Origin: a virus
Virus record (IMG/VR): IMGVR_UViG_3300031566_000192
Span: 1 to 35,258 of that record
Strand: one strand, 5' to 3'
Length of the DNA: 35,258 nt
Shown: positions 6,915-14,930 of the stretch, piece after piece
Numbering within the stretch: the first letter of the stretch is position 1
Layout: every line of letters begins with the position of its first letter
Made by a program: the position numbers and the translations under genes
The notes under the pieces: generated by a model
Databases searched by the model: none
What the model was told of the DNA's origin: nothing
What the model saw: only the letters and a program-made list of their open reading frames with translations

Positions 6915-9119
6915 ATGGAAAACCAAGAACATGAATTGAGAGAGGGACAAGGAACCGAGTTTGAAATCAATCAAACGCCGGTGAAAGTTGTCGAGATCGG
7001 ATCAAGCGGAACGGAAATATTTGCCGGATATCTTGCCGAGGAGTATTTGCAAGAATTGCAAGGAACCGCCGCCGCCGACATATATGACAAAATGAGACGT
7101 TCCGATCCGAAAGTCAAAATGATTCTTTCCGCAATGAAAAATCCGATCAAGGGTGCAACGTGGGAAATCAATGAAAAAGGCGACGAGACTCGAGAGGGTG
7201 CAATTCAAAAGGCTTTCATCGAACATATACTTTTCAATGATCTTGGAAAGACCTGGAAATCATTTTTGCACGAGGCTTTGTCTTGCATTGATTTCGGGTA
7301 TTCACTTTTCGAGGTAACATATTCGGCGGTTTTGAATCATGAAAAGTGGGGATCATATAACGGAATTAGATCACTTGCTTTCCGCTCACAAAGAACGATT
7401 GAAAAATGGGAAATCAATCGTCACGGGGAATTGAAATCAGTATATCAACAAGCCGACGGCGATCAACAAAAAACAATATATATTCCGGCGAAATATCTCG
7501 TTCACTTTGCACTCGAGAGAGAGGGCGACAACTTTGAGGGAATCTCGATCTTGCGTCCGGCATATGGCCCTTGGTTGCGAAAGAATACATTTTTGAAACT
7601 TATTGCGGCCGGGATTGAAAAATATGCGATCCCAATTCCAATCCTGGAAATTCCGGAGGGGAAACAAGGTTCGGCCGAATACAAGACGGCACTCAATGCA
7701 ATGAAACGATATGTTTCGCACCAATGCAATTATTTGACGGTTCCGTTCGGTTGGAAACTCACATTGAACTCGAATCCTTTTGATGCCTCAAAGATTCGTG
7801 AAGTAATTGACGCCGAAAATGTTGAGATCGTGAACGCCGCACTTGCAAATTTCCTTGAACTTGGTCAATCCGGTTCGGGATCATATGCACTTTCGTTTGA
7901 CCTTTCCGACTTTTTCCTCGGAGGTCTTGAATATGTTGCGGAACAAATTGCGGAAACGCTCAACGCTCAATTGATTCCAAACTTGATTGCATTGAATTTC
8001 CCGGATCAAAAATGCCTGGTTGAACTCTCGGCGTCCGGAATCTCGGATCGTGCCGGCGAGGAGTTCTCAAAAATCATCATGAATCTTGTGAGTTCACAAA
8101 CATTGACTCCGGACGATCGACTTGAGGACAACTTGAGAAAACGTTTCGGGTTGCCGGAACGAGACGAAACAACGTCGAGGAAAGTTGAGGCACCTCAACC
8201 AACGCCCGGGCCTGGCCCTCAACAACTTGCGGAAAAAGGTGACGAGACTTTAAAAAAAAAGTCAAGTGATCCCGTGAAAGCAAAGATCGAGGAGGATGCC
8301 GAAAAGCTCAAATTGATCATGCAAAGAAACTTGAAAGCAATCGCCGAGGACGTTTCAAAACAAGCGGCGAAACATTGGAAAGATTCATCGGAGGACGAAC
8401 GTGTTGCACCTCCAAAGGAATATGACATCAAGGCCAGTGTTGAAAAATATCGAAAAGAAGTCACCGAGGAACTTGCCAGGCAATACAACACGGCCGTTGA
8501 ACAAGTCCGAGGAGAAAACCCTTTTTTCAAAAATATCAAATTGAGTGAAACGGCGACTCAAATCAAACTTGCCGAAAAAGACAAATTGAACAAAAAAGGA
8601 CTCATTCGAATCAACGGAATCGTTGATTCATTGGTTGACATCAACACGGGCGAAATCATCAAGACAAATGATTTGCAATACACACAAAGTGCGGACAAGG
8701 TTGCCGACGCCCTGGAAATTCAAACAAATATGATTGAACAAACAAATAAAAAGATCGACGGCCCAATGACGTCATCGGGTGCACTCTTGAACGCATCGAC
8801 GATGATCAACATTGCAAGGAAAGATTTTTTTGGTGAAATGATCAAGACGGGAGAGGTTGAGTCATTCACTTGGATCAACTCCGATCCGATCACCGACATT
8901 TGCAAAGGGTTGAACGGGATCACTTTGAAAGCAGACGATCCGGCCGTCCAAACGTACTGGCCGCCGTTGCATTTCAATTGCAAAACATACGTGACCGCAA
9001 ACACAAGCAAGACACAAGGGAACCCGGAACCACAAAACGGATTCGTTCCGACAAAGTCCCAGGAATCATCAATCAATTTGGCCGAGGCCTGGCCCGGACA
9101 TTGTCCGGATCATTGTTGA
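6915..9119 (+). CDS. Portal protein (Mu gp29/DUF935-like) fused to a Mu F / SPP1 gp7 minor-head domain
   Basis: The N-terminal ~440 aa (DIYDKMRRSDPKVKMILSAMKNPIKGATWEI...) is portal-like. A linker PQPTPGPGPQQ follows. The C-terminus carries DPITDICKGLNG...WPPLHFNCKTYV, the MuF/gp7 signature. ATG 6915 follows the terL stop. Confidence 0.8.
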   Translation: MENQEHELREGQGTEFEINQTPVKVVEIGSSGTEIFAGYLAEEYLQELQGTAAADIYDKMRRSDPKVKMILSAMKNPIKGATWEINEKGDETREGAIQKAFIEHILFNDLGKTWKSFLHEALSCIDFGYSLFEVTYSAVLNHEKWGSYNGIRSLAFRSQRTIEKWEINRHGELKSVYQQADGDQQKTIYIPAKYLVHFALEREGDNFEGISILRPAYGPWLRKNTFLKLIAAGIEKYAIPIPILEIPEGKQGSAEYKTALNAMKRYVSHQCNYLTVPFGWKLTLNSNPFDASKIREVIDAENVEIVNAALANFLELGQSGSGSYALSFDLSDFFLGGLEYVAEQIAETLNAQLIPNLIALNFPDQKCLVELSASGISDRAGEEFSKIIMNLVSSQTLTPDDRLEDNLRKRFGLPERDETTSRKVEAPQPTPGPGPQQLAEKGDETLKKKSSDPVKAKIEEDAEKLKLIMQRNLKAIAEDVSKQAAKHWKDSSEDERVAPPKEYDIKASVEKYRKEVTEELARQYNTAVEQVRGENPFFKNIKLSETATQIKLAEKDKLNKKGLIRINGIVDSLVDINTGEIIKTNDLQYTQSADKVADALEIQTNMIEQTNKKIDGPMTSSGALLNASTMINIARKDFFGEMIKTGEVESFTWINSDPITDICKGLNGITLKADDPAVQTYWPPLHFNCKTYVTANTSKTQGNPEPQNGFVPTKSQESSINLAEAWPGHCPDHC

Positions 9120-9165
9120 CTCAAATCATTTGATCGGCGACAATAATTGAAAATGGAGTTTTTAC

Positions 9166-10272
9166 ATGAAACATTTTAGGACGACACCAATCAAACTCGC
9201 CGAGGGAAATCCGGTTGAGGGAATTTCAAGTCAAGTTCAACTCATGAGAACTTGCACCTTTTTTCACAAGCAATATGGAAAGGTTGACATCACTCGACAA
9301 TTGTTTGACGAAATGATCGAAAACCACAAGAACAACGTTCGAGGCATCGAGGTCATGATTGACTATTCACACGACTCCGAAAGAGAGGCCGCCGGTTGGA
9401 TCAAAGACTTGCATGTTCGTGAGGTTCAACTTGCCGAGGGGAACGAGGAACTTGGAATCGAACCAAAGATTGAACATCAACTTTGGGCCGACGTTGATTG
9501 GACTCCAAAAGGAACAAAAACACTTTCGGACAAAGAGTTTGCATATTTGAGTGCGGACTTTGATCCCGATTATAAAGACAATGAAAATCCCACTCATTCG
9601 GTTGGTGCCGTTCTCTTGGGTGCTGGCCTCACAAACCGCCCAGTTATAAAGAGAATGAATCCGGCTATACAATTGAGTGAATTTTCGGAAACCAATATCA
9701 AGGAGAAAAACATCATGAACATTGAGGACATGAAAAAAGAACTTGATGCCAAAAACATCAAGTTAAGTGAAACCGAGGAAAAACTCGGCGACATGGAAAA
9801 AAATCTCTCCGATTCCGAGGTGAAACTTGCTCAAATTGATGAATTGATGAGGGAACTTGGTGTTTCTTCAATCGAGGAACTCATGAGTAAAATTCAAGCA
9901 ATGTCGAAAGACAATGTTGAGCTTGCCGAGGAAAAAGAGAAAACCGAAAAAGAAAGCAAGTTGAATGTTTTACTTAGTGAGGGGAAAATTTCCCAGGCAC
10001 AAAAGGAAAAAGCAATGACACTTGAAAAAAGTTCTTTTGAGGGATTCATTTCACTTGCTGAAATGAACGAAAAAGTTGTCAAGCTTGACGAAAGCGGTTC
10101 GGGAAAAACTCCAAAAGAGTCAATCGAAATCGACGACGTTGAGGACAAAGTTCTTGAACTTGCCGAGGCGAAAGCAAAGGCCGACAAGATCGACATGACC
10201 GATGCAATTTCAATCGTTCTTTCCGAGGACAAAGACCTTGCATCAAAATATTATAAACTTGGTGAGGAATAG
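9166..10272 (+). CDS. Head maturation protease / scaffold fusion (Mu gpI-like N-terminus, acidic coiled-coil C-terminus)
   Basis: N-terminal DYSHDSEREAAGWIKDL...AVLLGAGLTNRPVIKRM resembles Mu-like prophage protein I. The C-terminal half is E/K-rich coiled coil. Confidence 0.7.
   Translation: MKHFRTTPIKLAEGNPVEGISSQVQLMRTCTFFHKQYGKVDITRQLFDEMIENHKNNVRGIEVMIDYSHDSEREAAGWIKDLHVREVQLAEGNEELGIEPKIEHQLWADVDWTPKGTKTLSDKEFAYLSADFDPDYKDNENPTHSVGAVLLGAGLTNRPVIKRMNPAIQLSEFSETNIKEKNIMNIEDMKKELDAKNIKLSETEEKLGDMEKNLSDSEVKLAQIDELMRELGVSSIEELMSKIQAMSKDNVELAEEKEKTEKESKLNVLLSEGKISQAQKEKAMTLEKSSFEGFISLAEMNEKVVKLDESGSGKTPKESIEIDDVEDKVLELAEAKAKADKIDMTDAISIVLSEDKDLASKYYKLGEE
9715..10272 (+). CDS. Candidate nested scaffold protein from an in-frame internal start
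   Basis: AAGGAG at 9700-9705 is followed 9 nt later by the in-frame ATG at 9715 (MNIEDMKKELD...). This is analogous to Mu I/Z and lambda C/Nu3. Confidence 0.45.
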   Translation: MNIEDMKKELDAKNIKLSETEEKLGDMEKNLSDSEVKLAQIDELMRELGVSSIEELMSKIQAMSKDNVELAEEKEKTEKESKLNVLLSEGKISQAQKEKAMTLEKSSFEGFISLAEMNEKVVKLDESGSGKTPKESIEIDDVEDKVLELAEAKAKADKIDMTDAISIVLSEDKDLASKYYKLGEE

Positions 10273-10283
10273 GGAGGACGAAA

Positions 10284-10649
10284 ATGAGTAGTTATATTCA
10301 ACCACAAGTCAAAACTTTTTGTGCCGACGCCGATCTTGCACAATACACGTTTGTGAAACTTGGTTCAAGTGACAAGCATGTTGCAAATTCGGGTGCCGGA
10401 GAAAAGTCGTTCGGTGTCAATATGACAAAGGACGTGAAATCGGGTGACGCATGTGAAATTGCACACCTTGGGGGCGGTGCTTTGATTAAGCTTGCCGGAA
10501 CAATAACGAGAGGTGACTCGGTCAAGTCAAACGCAAATGGAGAGGGTGTCGTTGCGGCGGCGGTGGAATTTTCAAGTGCGGTTGCAATGGAATCGGGTGT
10601 TGCCGGGGACGTGATTAGTGTCATTCTTGACGCTCACGTTGCATTTTAG
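10284..10649 (+). CDS. DUF2190-type head decoration/cement protein
   Basis: A 121-aa Gly/Ala-rich beta protein (…GDACEIAHLGGGALIKLAGTITRGDSV…) located between the scaffold and capsid genes. RBS GGGAGG. Confidence 0.65.
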   Translation: MSSYIQPQVKTFCADADLAQYTFVKLGSSDKHVANSGAGEKSFGVNMTKDVKSGDACEIAHLGGGALIKLAGTITRGDSVKSNANGEGVVAAAVEFSSAVAMESGVAGDVISVILDAHVAF

Positions 10650-10660
10650 GGAGGATTGAA

Positions 10661-11596
10661 ATGAGTCAAATGAAAGCTATCGTTGATAAATTATTGACAA
10701 ATGTTTCATCAATGTACGTTCCGGAGGGTTATATTTCCGAGGCAATTTTGCCGAACTTACAAGTGAAACAAAAAACTGGAAAAATTGGAAAGTACGGTCT
10801 TAATCATTTAAGAATCGTTAACGCAAAAATGGGAGGCCGAGGACGTGCCGCAAGATTTGAACCAATCGTTCGTGACTCGGATTTATATTCGATCGAAAGT
10901 CATGGACTTGAGGGACTTGTGACCGAGGACGACTATGACAACTCGGAGGAACCGTTCGACGCTGAAAAGGATGAAACTCTTGGGTTGACAACAACTCTTT
11001 GGACGGCGAAAGAATATGCAATTGCAAGCGTTCTTTTCAACACGGCAATCATCACGCAAAACATCACACTTGCGGCGGCGACTGACAAATTCAGTGACTA
11101 TGTGAACTCAAAGCCACTTGAAAATTTCAGAGACGGTCAAAATGTAATTCTTGAAGGATGCGGAAAGATGCCGAACCGTGCGATTTGTTCTCAAAAGGTT
11201 TTCAATACTTTAAAGTATCACCCGGCGATTTTAAGATCACTTGGGTTTGCGGACAACCGTGCCGGAACTTTAAAAATTGCCGAGGTTGCACACGCAATGG
11301 GTGTTGAAATGCTTCACATTGGTGACGCCGCTTTCAACAACGCAAAGCTTGGACAATCTGACAACCTTGAGCAAATTTGGGGCGATTCAGTTCTCATGTA
11401 TTATGCACCAAAGACGGCGGCAAAATACCAACAATCACTTGGATATTACATGACAATGAAAAAAAGAGGCCCGAGACGTGTTTACAAGTTTACTGTAAAC
11501 AACCCACCGAACTCAAAGGGAATCATCGTTCAAGACGACTATCAATTCGCTTTGACAAACGTGAAATGTGCATACTTAATTAAAAACTGTTTATAA
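10661..11596 (+). CDS. Major capsid protein (HK97 fold, probably lambda gpE-like family)
   Basis: 311 aa, positioned after the protease/scaffold and decoration genes. It has a strong RBS and is followed by the strongest terminator in the genome. Confidence 0.8.
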   Translation: MSQMKAIVDKLLTNVSSMYVPEGYISEAILPNLQVKQKTGKIGKYGLNHLRIVNAKMGGRGRAARFEPIVRDSDLYSIESHGLEGLVTEDDYDNSEEPFDAEKDETLGLTTTLWTAKEYAIASVLFNTAIITQNITLAAATDKFSDYVNSKPLENFRDGQNVILEGCGKMPNRAICSQKVFNTLKYHPAILRSLGFADNRAGTLKIAEVAHAMGVEMLHIGDAAFNNAKLGQSDNLEQIWGDSVLMYYAPKTAAKYQQSLGYYMTMKKRGPRRVYKFTVNNPPNSKGIIVQDDYQFALTNVKCAYLIKNCL

Positions 11597-11602
11597 GACG
11601 AC

Positions 11603-11628
11603 GGGAGGGGAAACCCTCCCTTTTTTTT
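11603..11628 (+). terminator. Strong intrinsic terminator after the capsid gene
   Basis: GGGAGGG (11603-11609), loop GAAA, CCCTCCC (11614-11620), then T8 (11621-11628). Confidence 0.9.
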
Positions 11629-11648
11629 AAAATTAAAGGAGACTCAAA

Positions 11649-11858
11649 ATGAGTGAAACAAAAAAACCAACAACAAAAAAGAAAGTTGAAAAAGGTCTTG
11701 AAACAAAAGACGAAATGAAAGCAACGGGAAAGGCAACAAACAAGATTGCAAAACTCTCGTTCCAATACAACGGAAAAACACACGACAAGGGATGCGAAAT
11801 CCTTGGTCTTGATGAAAAAAGTTTGAAAGAACTTGAATCAAAAGGATTGGTTGAGTAA
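11649..11858 (+). CDS. Hypothetical Lys-rich small protein (69 aa)
   Basis: Track ORF with RBS AAAGGAG. TAATG overlap with the next gene. Confidence 0.7.
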   Translation: MSETKKPTTKKKVEKGLETKDEMKATGKATNKIAKLSFQYNGKTHDKGCEILGLDEKSLKELESKGLVE

Positions 11859-12310
11859 TGTCATATTGTACGGTTGAGGACGTCAAGTCCGATTTCAAAA
11901 ATTTGCAAATCACGTCGACCTCGTCCGTAACGATTGACGAGGTTCAAAAATTCATTGATCAAGAGTGTGCATACATCAACTCAAGAATATGTTCACTTTA
12001 TAAAGTGCCGGTCGATGAAATCGTTTCACCAATGTCGTTTGAAGTGTTGAAAAGAATCAACATTTTTCTTGCGGCCGATAGGGTTCGACATGTTCTCTAT
12101 GTGAAAACCGGAATCGACAACAAAGACCAGGACACGAAAGGACTTCATTCTCTTTCCAGGAATCCAAGGAAAGACCTGGACGAAATCCTCAACGGGAAAG
12201 TGAAACTTGGTGACGCAATAAAAGTTGACGAGTGCATCGGTTTCGACACGTCGGACGAACCGAATGATTGTTGTTCACAAACTTTCGACGTAAACAAACA
12301 ACAATGGTGA
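11858..12310 (+). CDS. Head-tail adaptor (Mu gp36 / DUF1320-like)
   Basis: The N-terminus MSYCTVEDVKSDFKNL...IDEVQKFIDQECAYINSRICSLYKVPV follows the DUF1320 pattern. Confidence 0.65.
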   Translation: MSYCTVEDVKSDFKNLQITSTSSVTIDEVQKFIDQECAYINSRICSLYKVPVDEIVSPMSFEVLKRINIFLAADRVRHVLYVKTGIDNKDQDTKGLHSLSRNPRKDLDEILNGKVKLGDAIKVDECIGFDTSDEPNDCCSQTFDVNKQQW

Positions 12311-12314
12311 TTTC

Positions 12315-12887
12315 ATGAGTCTCGGTTTCACATCATACCAGGTTGAAAACGACATTGCGTTTGCAAATGCAATGGATCGTGCCGCAAGGCAATCGAAAAA
12401 TTTGACGATTCCGTTGACATCAATCATGAAAGATTTTTACAAATCAAGAACGGCAATTTTTGCCTTGAAAGGGCCTGGACAATATCCCGACCTTTCCCCA
12501 CGATATAAACCAAACAAGCAACGTGCCGTCGGTTTTGTCTATCCAATTTTGAAACTCTCCGGAGCACTTGAGGAAAGTGTGACGAGTGATTCCGGGAAAG
12601 ACAACGTGACGAGAATTGAACCGTTGTCCCTGGAAATGGGAACGACGGTTCCATATGCAAATTATCATCAACAAGAGGGCGATTTCACAAACACGGGAAA
12701 AATGCCTTTGAGAAAATTTCTTTTTATCGGCCCGGAGTCCGTCAAGTTTGCAAACTCCGACATTTCCGGTTTTCCGGAACGAGCTTTGAACACTCTCAAC
12801 GTTTTTGTTCTCCGACAAATGGGAAAAAGCATTGAGGAGGCAACGGGCGTGAAACCAACAATAAAACAACAAAGGCCAAAGCTATGA
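12315..12887 (+). CDS. Virion morphogenesis / tail completion protein (Mu G-like)
   Basis: ILKLSGALEESV...LEMGTTVPYANYHQQEG...MPLRKFLFIG matches the Mu G-type pattern as I recall it. Confidence 0.55.
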   Translation: MSLGFTSYQVENDIAFANAMDRAARQSKNLTIPLTSIMKDFYKSRTAIFALKGPGQYPDLSPRYKPNKQRAVGFVYPILKLSGALEESVTSDSGKDNVTRIEPLSLEMGTTVPYANYHQQEGDFTNTGKMPLRKFLFIGPESVKFANSDISGFPERALNTLNVFVLRQMGKSIEEATGVKPTIKQQRPKL

Positions 12888-13357
12888 CATTTGACATTGA
12901 ATGTTTCATTGACAACCTTGAAATATTTTTGAAAGACAATTTGAACGATGCACTCGCCGTGATTGATGCGGAAAAAAATTCCGGTTGGACAACCGAACCG
13001 ATTGATCCCGAGGCATATGTTTTCCAATCACTCGACAACTTGCCGATCAACTTTGATCCAATTCTTTTTTACGGAATTTCAGAGATCAAAGGCGAGGCAA
13101 TACCGAGTGCAACCTCGGCGATATATTCAATTGAGGTTTCCGTGATCAAGACGGACGACGAATCAAAAACCATAGGCCGAAAATTGTTGAGATATCAACG
13201 GGCCATGAAGTCGATTTTTGAAAAAAATTACTTTATAATAAACAATGTGAGGCCGAAAATTGAGATCAAGAGTTTGCAACCGATATCATTTAGGATGCAA
13301 AACTCAAGTAATCAATTCAAAGCAATTGGGATCGAAATTGAACTTTCGATCTTTTGA
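12884..13357 (+). CDS. Putative neck / tail terminator protein
   Basis: Assigned by position only, between the morphogenesis protein and the major tail protein. Track ORF with an ATGA overlap. Confidence 0.45.
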   Translation: MTFDIECFIDNLEIFLKDNLNDALAVIDAEKNSGWTTEPIDPEAYVFQSLDNLPINFDPILFYGISEIKGEAIPSATSAIYSIEVSVIKTDDESKTIGRKLLRYQRAMKSIFEKNYFIINNVRPKIEIKSLQPISFRMQNSSNQFKAIGIEIELSIF

Positions 13358-13375
13358 CAAACAAGGAGTTGAGTC

Positions 13376-14287
13376 ATGAGTTTAGACAATCCAAGAATTT
13401 TTTTCGGAGTCCACTCATTCACGCCTTATTGCCGACAAACTGGCCTCCCTTATGGGACGGCACTTGTAATCGGACAATCGGGTTTTTCACTTAGTGGAGA
13501 ACTGGCGAGTTTGAATGGAGGTTCGAACAAGTACCCTTGGGCGGTTGAAGAAACAAACATCACGGCCGAATTGAGCTTGACTATCAAGCAATATGAGGAT
13601 TGGATGATGCAATTGTTTCTTGGAAAAAAACCGACCGAGAACGGTGTTTCAACGGGAACCGTTGAAAACGTTGCCAACAAAAAAGGAACAACAATCAATG
13701 CAACATGGGGAATCGCAAGCGTTCAACCGAAAGTTGGATCGGAAAGCGATTTGAAATTCACAAAGTATGTGATCCAGGTTGTTGACAAAGATGCGGACAC
13801 GGTTGACGTGTATGCAATGTCGAATGCAGACTTTGCGAGAGGAACGGACAAGCAATTTGAGGACAACCTCCTCAAAATTACAAGTGCACCACTTGCAATC
13901 ACAGACGGCGTAGCAATTGAAGTACCAGGGTTCGGAATTACAATCACCGGCGGTTCGACGGTTGACTTTGCCGGAAACGGAGTTGAAAACGGAAACACAA
14001 TCACTTTTGACGTGAGAGTTCCGAGTTCAAAATCAATCTCGGCGAGATTCGGAGGTTCGGCCGACAATTTCCCGGAATTTGGGGCGATTGTTGTTGGACA
14101 ACAACGAGGAAACGGCGAAATGGTTGAGCTTGACATTTTCAGACTGAAAGCGGTTGGGATGCCACTTGGTTTCCAAGAGAAAACGTTTTCCGAGGGTGAA
14201 ATCACGGCACAAGCATTTTACGATGCTGACAAAAACGGTGTTTTTGATTTACGTCATATCACACCACAAGGCGCCGGCGTTTGCTAA
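13376..14287 (+). CDS. Major tail (tube) protein
   Basis: 303 aa, with RBS AAGGAG. It lies just upstream of the chaperone/tape-measure unit and is followed by a terminator. Confidence 0.6.
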   Translation: MSLDNPRIFFGVHSFTPYCRQTGLPYGTALVIGQSGFSLSGELASLNGGSNKYPWAVEETNITAELSLTIKQYEDWMMQLFLGKKPTENGVSTGTVENVANKKGTTINATWGIASVQPKVGSESDLKFTKYVIQVVDKDADTVDVYAMSNADFARGTDKQFEDNLLKITSAPLAITDGVAIEVPGFGITITGGSTVDFAGNGVENGNTITFDVRVPSSKSISARFGGSADNFPEFGAIVVGQQRGNGEMVELDIFRLKAVGMPLGFQEKTFSEGEITAQAFYDADKNGVFDLRHITPQGAGVC

Positions 14288-14316
14288 AATTTTTCAATTT
14301 ATTTTGAGAATACGAG

Positions 14317-14349
14317 GGGAGAGTTTTAAAACTCTCCCTTTATTTTTTT
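14317..14349 (+). terminator. Intrinsic terminator after the major tail gene
   Basis: A perfect 22-nt palindrome GGGAGAGTTTT/AAAACTCTCCC (14317-14338) is followed by TTTATTTTTTT. The stop of the convergent minus-strand gene lies inside the stem. Confidence 0.8.
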
Positions 14350-14535
14350 GAAGTACATTCGAATCATGGCCTCGACGTCCTCGACGCTTTCAATAACGTA
14401 ATATATTTGTTTTTGACGTGTCACAACTCTCGCACCGCCCTCCGGTGCCGGTGAAATGCTTGTGATCTCGCCCGGTTTCACCAATGCGGAACCATTGTCC
14501 CCGTGAAGTTCAAGCGAAATAAAGTTTGATTGCAT
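14326..14535 (-). CDS. Small protein (69 aa), third gene of the minus-strand moron, with a weak FlbD-like pattern
   Basis: Strong RBS AAGGAGAG lies 5 nt upstream of the ATG. The pattern I.L.L.G...I..I...P...V.ESVEDVEAMI..Y resembles the flagellar FlbD family by eye. Confidence 0.7.
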   Translation of the reverse strand: MQSNFISLELHGDNGSALVKPGEITSISPAPEGGARVVTRQKQIYYVIESVEDVEAMIRMYFKKIKGEF

Positions 14536-14550
14536 GGGAACTCTCCTTGT

Positions 14551-14733
14551 TCATTGCTTTTTAAAAAAACTCTTTCCATATACATTGTGACGCAATCTCT
14601 TGTGTTTGTGAATCACCCTGGCCACGTTCCAAAATGTTTCCCCACAACGTGAACAAACCTGGCAAGGTTGTCCGACAACTTTAATCGGTTTGTGACCGCA
14701 AAAAAAGAAAATGCACAAGGCACGTTTGAACAA
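14551..14733 (-). CDS. Small Zn-ribbon protein (about 60 aa), start uncertain
   Basis: FCGHKPIKVVGQPCQVCSRCGETF is a GHK...CxxCxRCG zinc-ribbon pattern. There is no in-frame ATG. Candidate starts are TTG 14733 (favoured, no overlap with the RHH gene), ATC 14766 (6 nt after AAGGAG) and the track TTG 14811. Confidence 0.5.
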   Translation of the reverse strand: MFKRALCIFFFCGHKPIKVVGQPCQVCSRCGETFWNVARVIHKHKRLRHNVYGKSFFKKQ

Positions 14734-14753
14734 TTGTTTCCATGTTGTTTCAT

Positions 14754-14930
14754 TTATTGTTTTGATGGTTTTCTCCTTTCCAAGAATTTCACCGGAGCGT
14801 TGTTGATCCAATGACGAACAAGTTTTGAAATGTTCCCCTCGGAATATAGGCCGGCCCGGAGTTTCAATTTGTGAAGTTCCTCGGCCGTCAATCTGATTTC
14901 AATTCGTTTTTCTTTTGTGTATTTTTTCAT
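14754..14930 (-). CDS. Ribbon-helix-helix (CopG/Arc/MobC-like) DNA-binding protein, 58 aa. It is absent from the ORF track because it is under 60 aa.
   Basis: Manual translation gives MKKYTKEKRIEIRLTAEELHKLKLRAGLYSEGNISKLVRHWINNAPVKFLERRKPSKQ. The basic beta-strand (RIEIRLT) followed by two helices is the RHH signature. Confidence 0.72.
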   Translation of the reverse strand: MKKYTKEKRIEIRLTAEELHKLKLRAGLYSEGNISKLVRHWINNAPVKFLERRKPSKQ

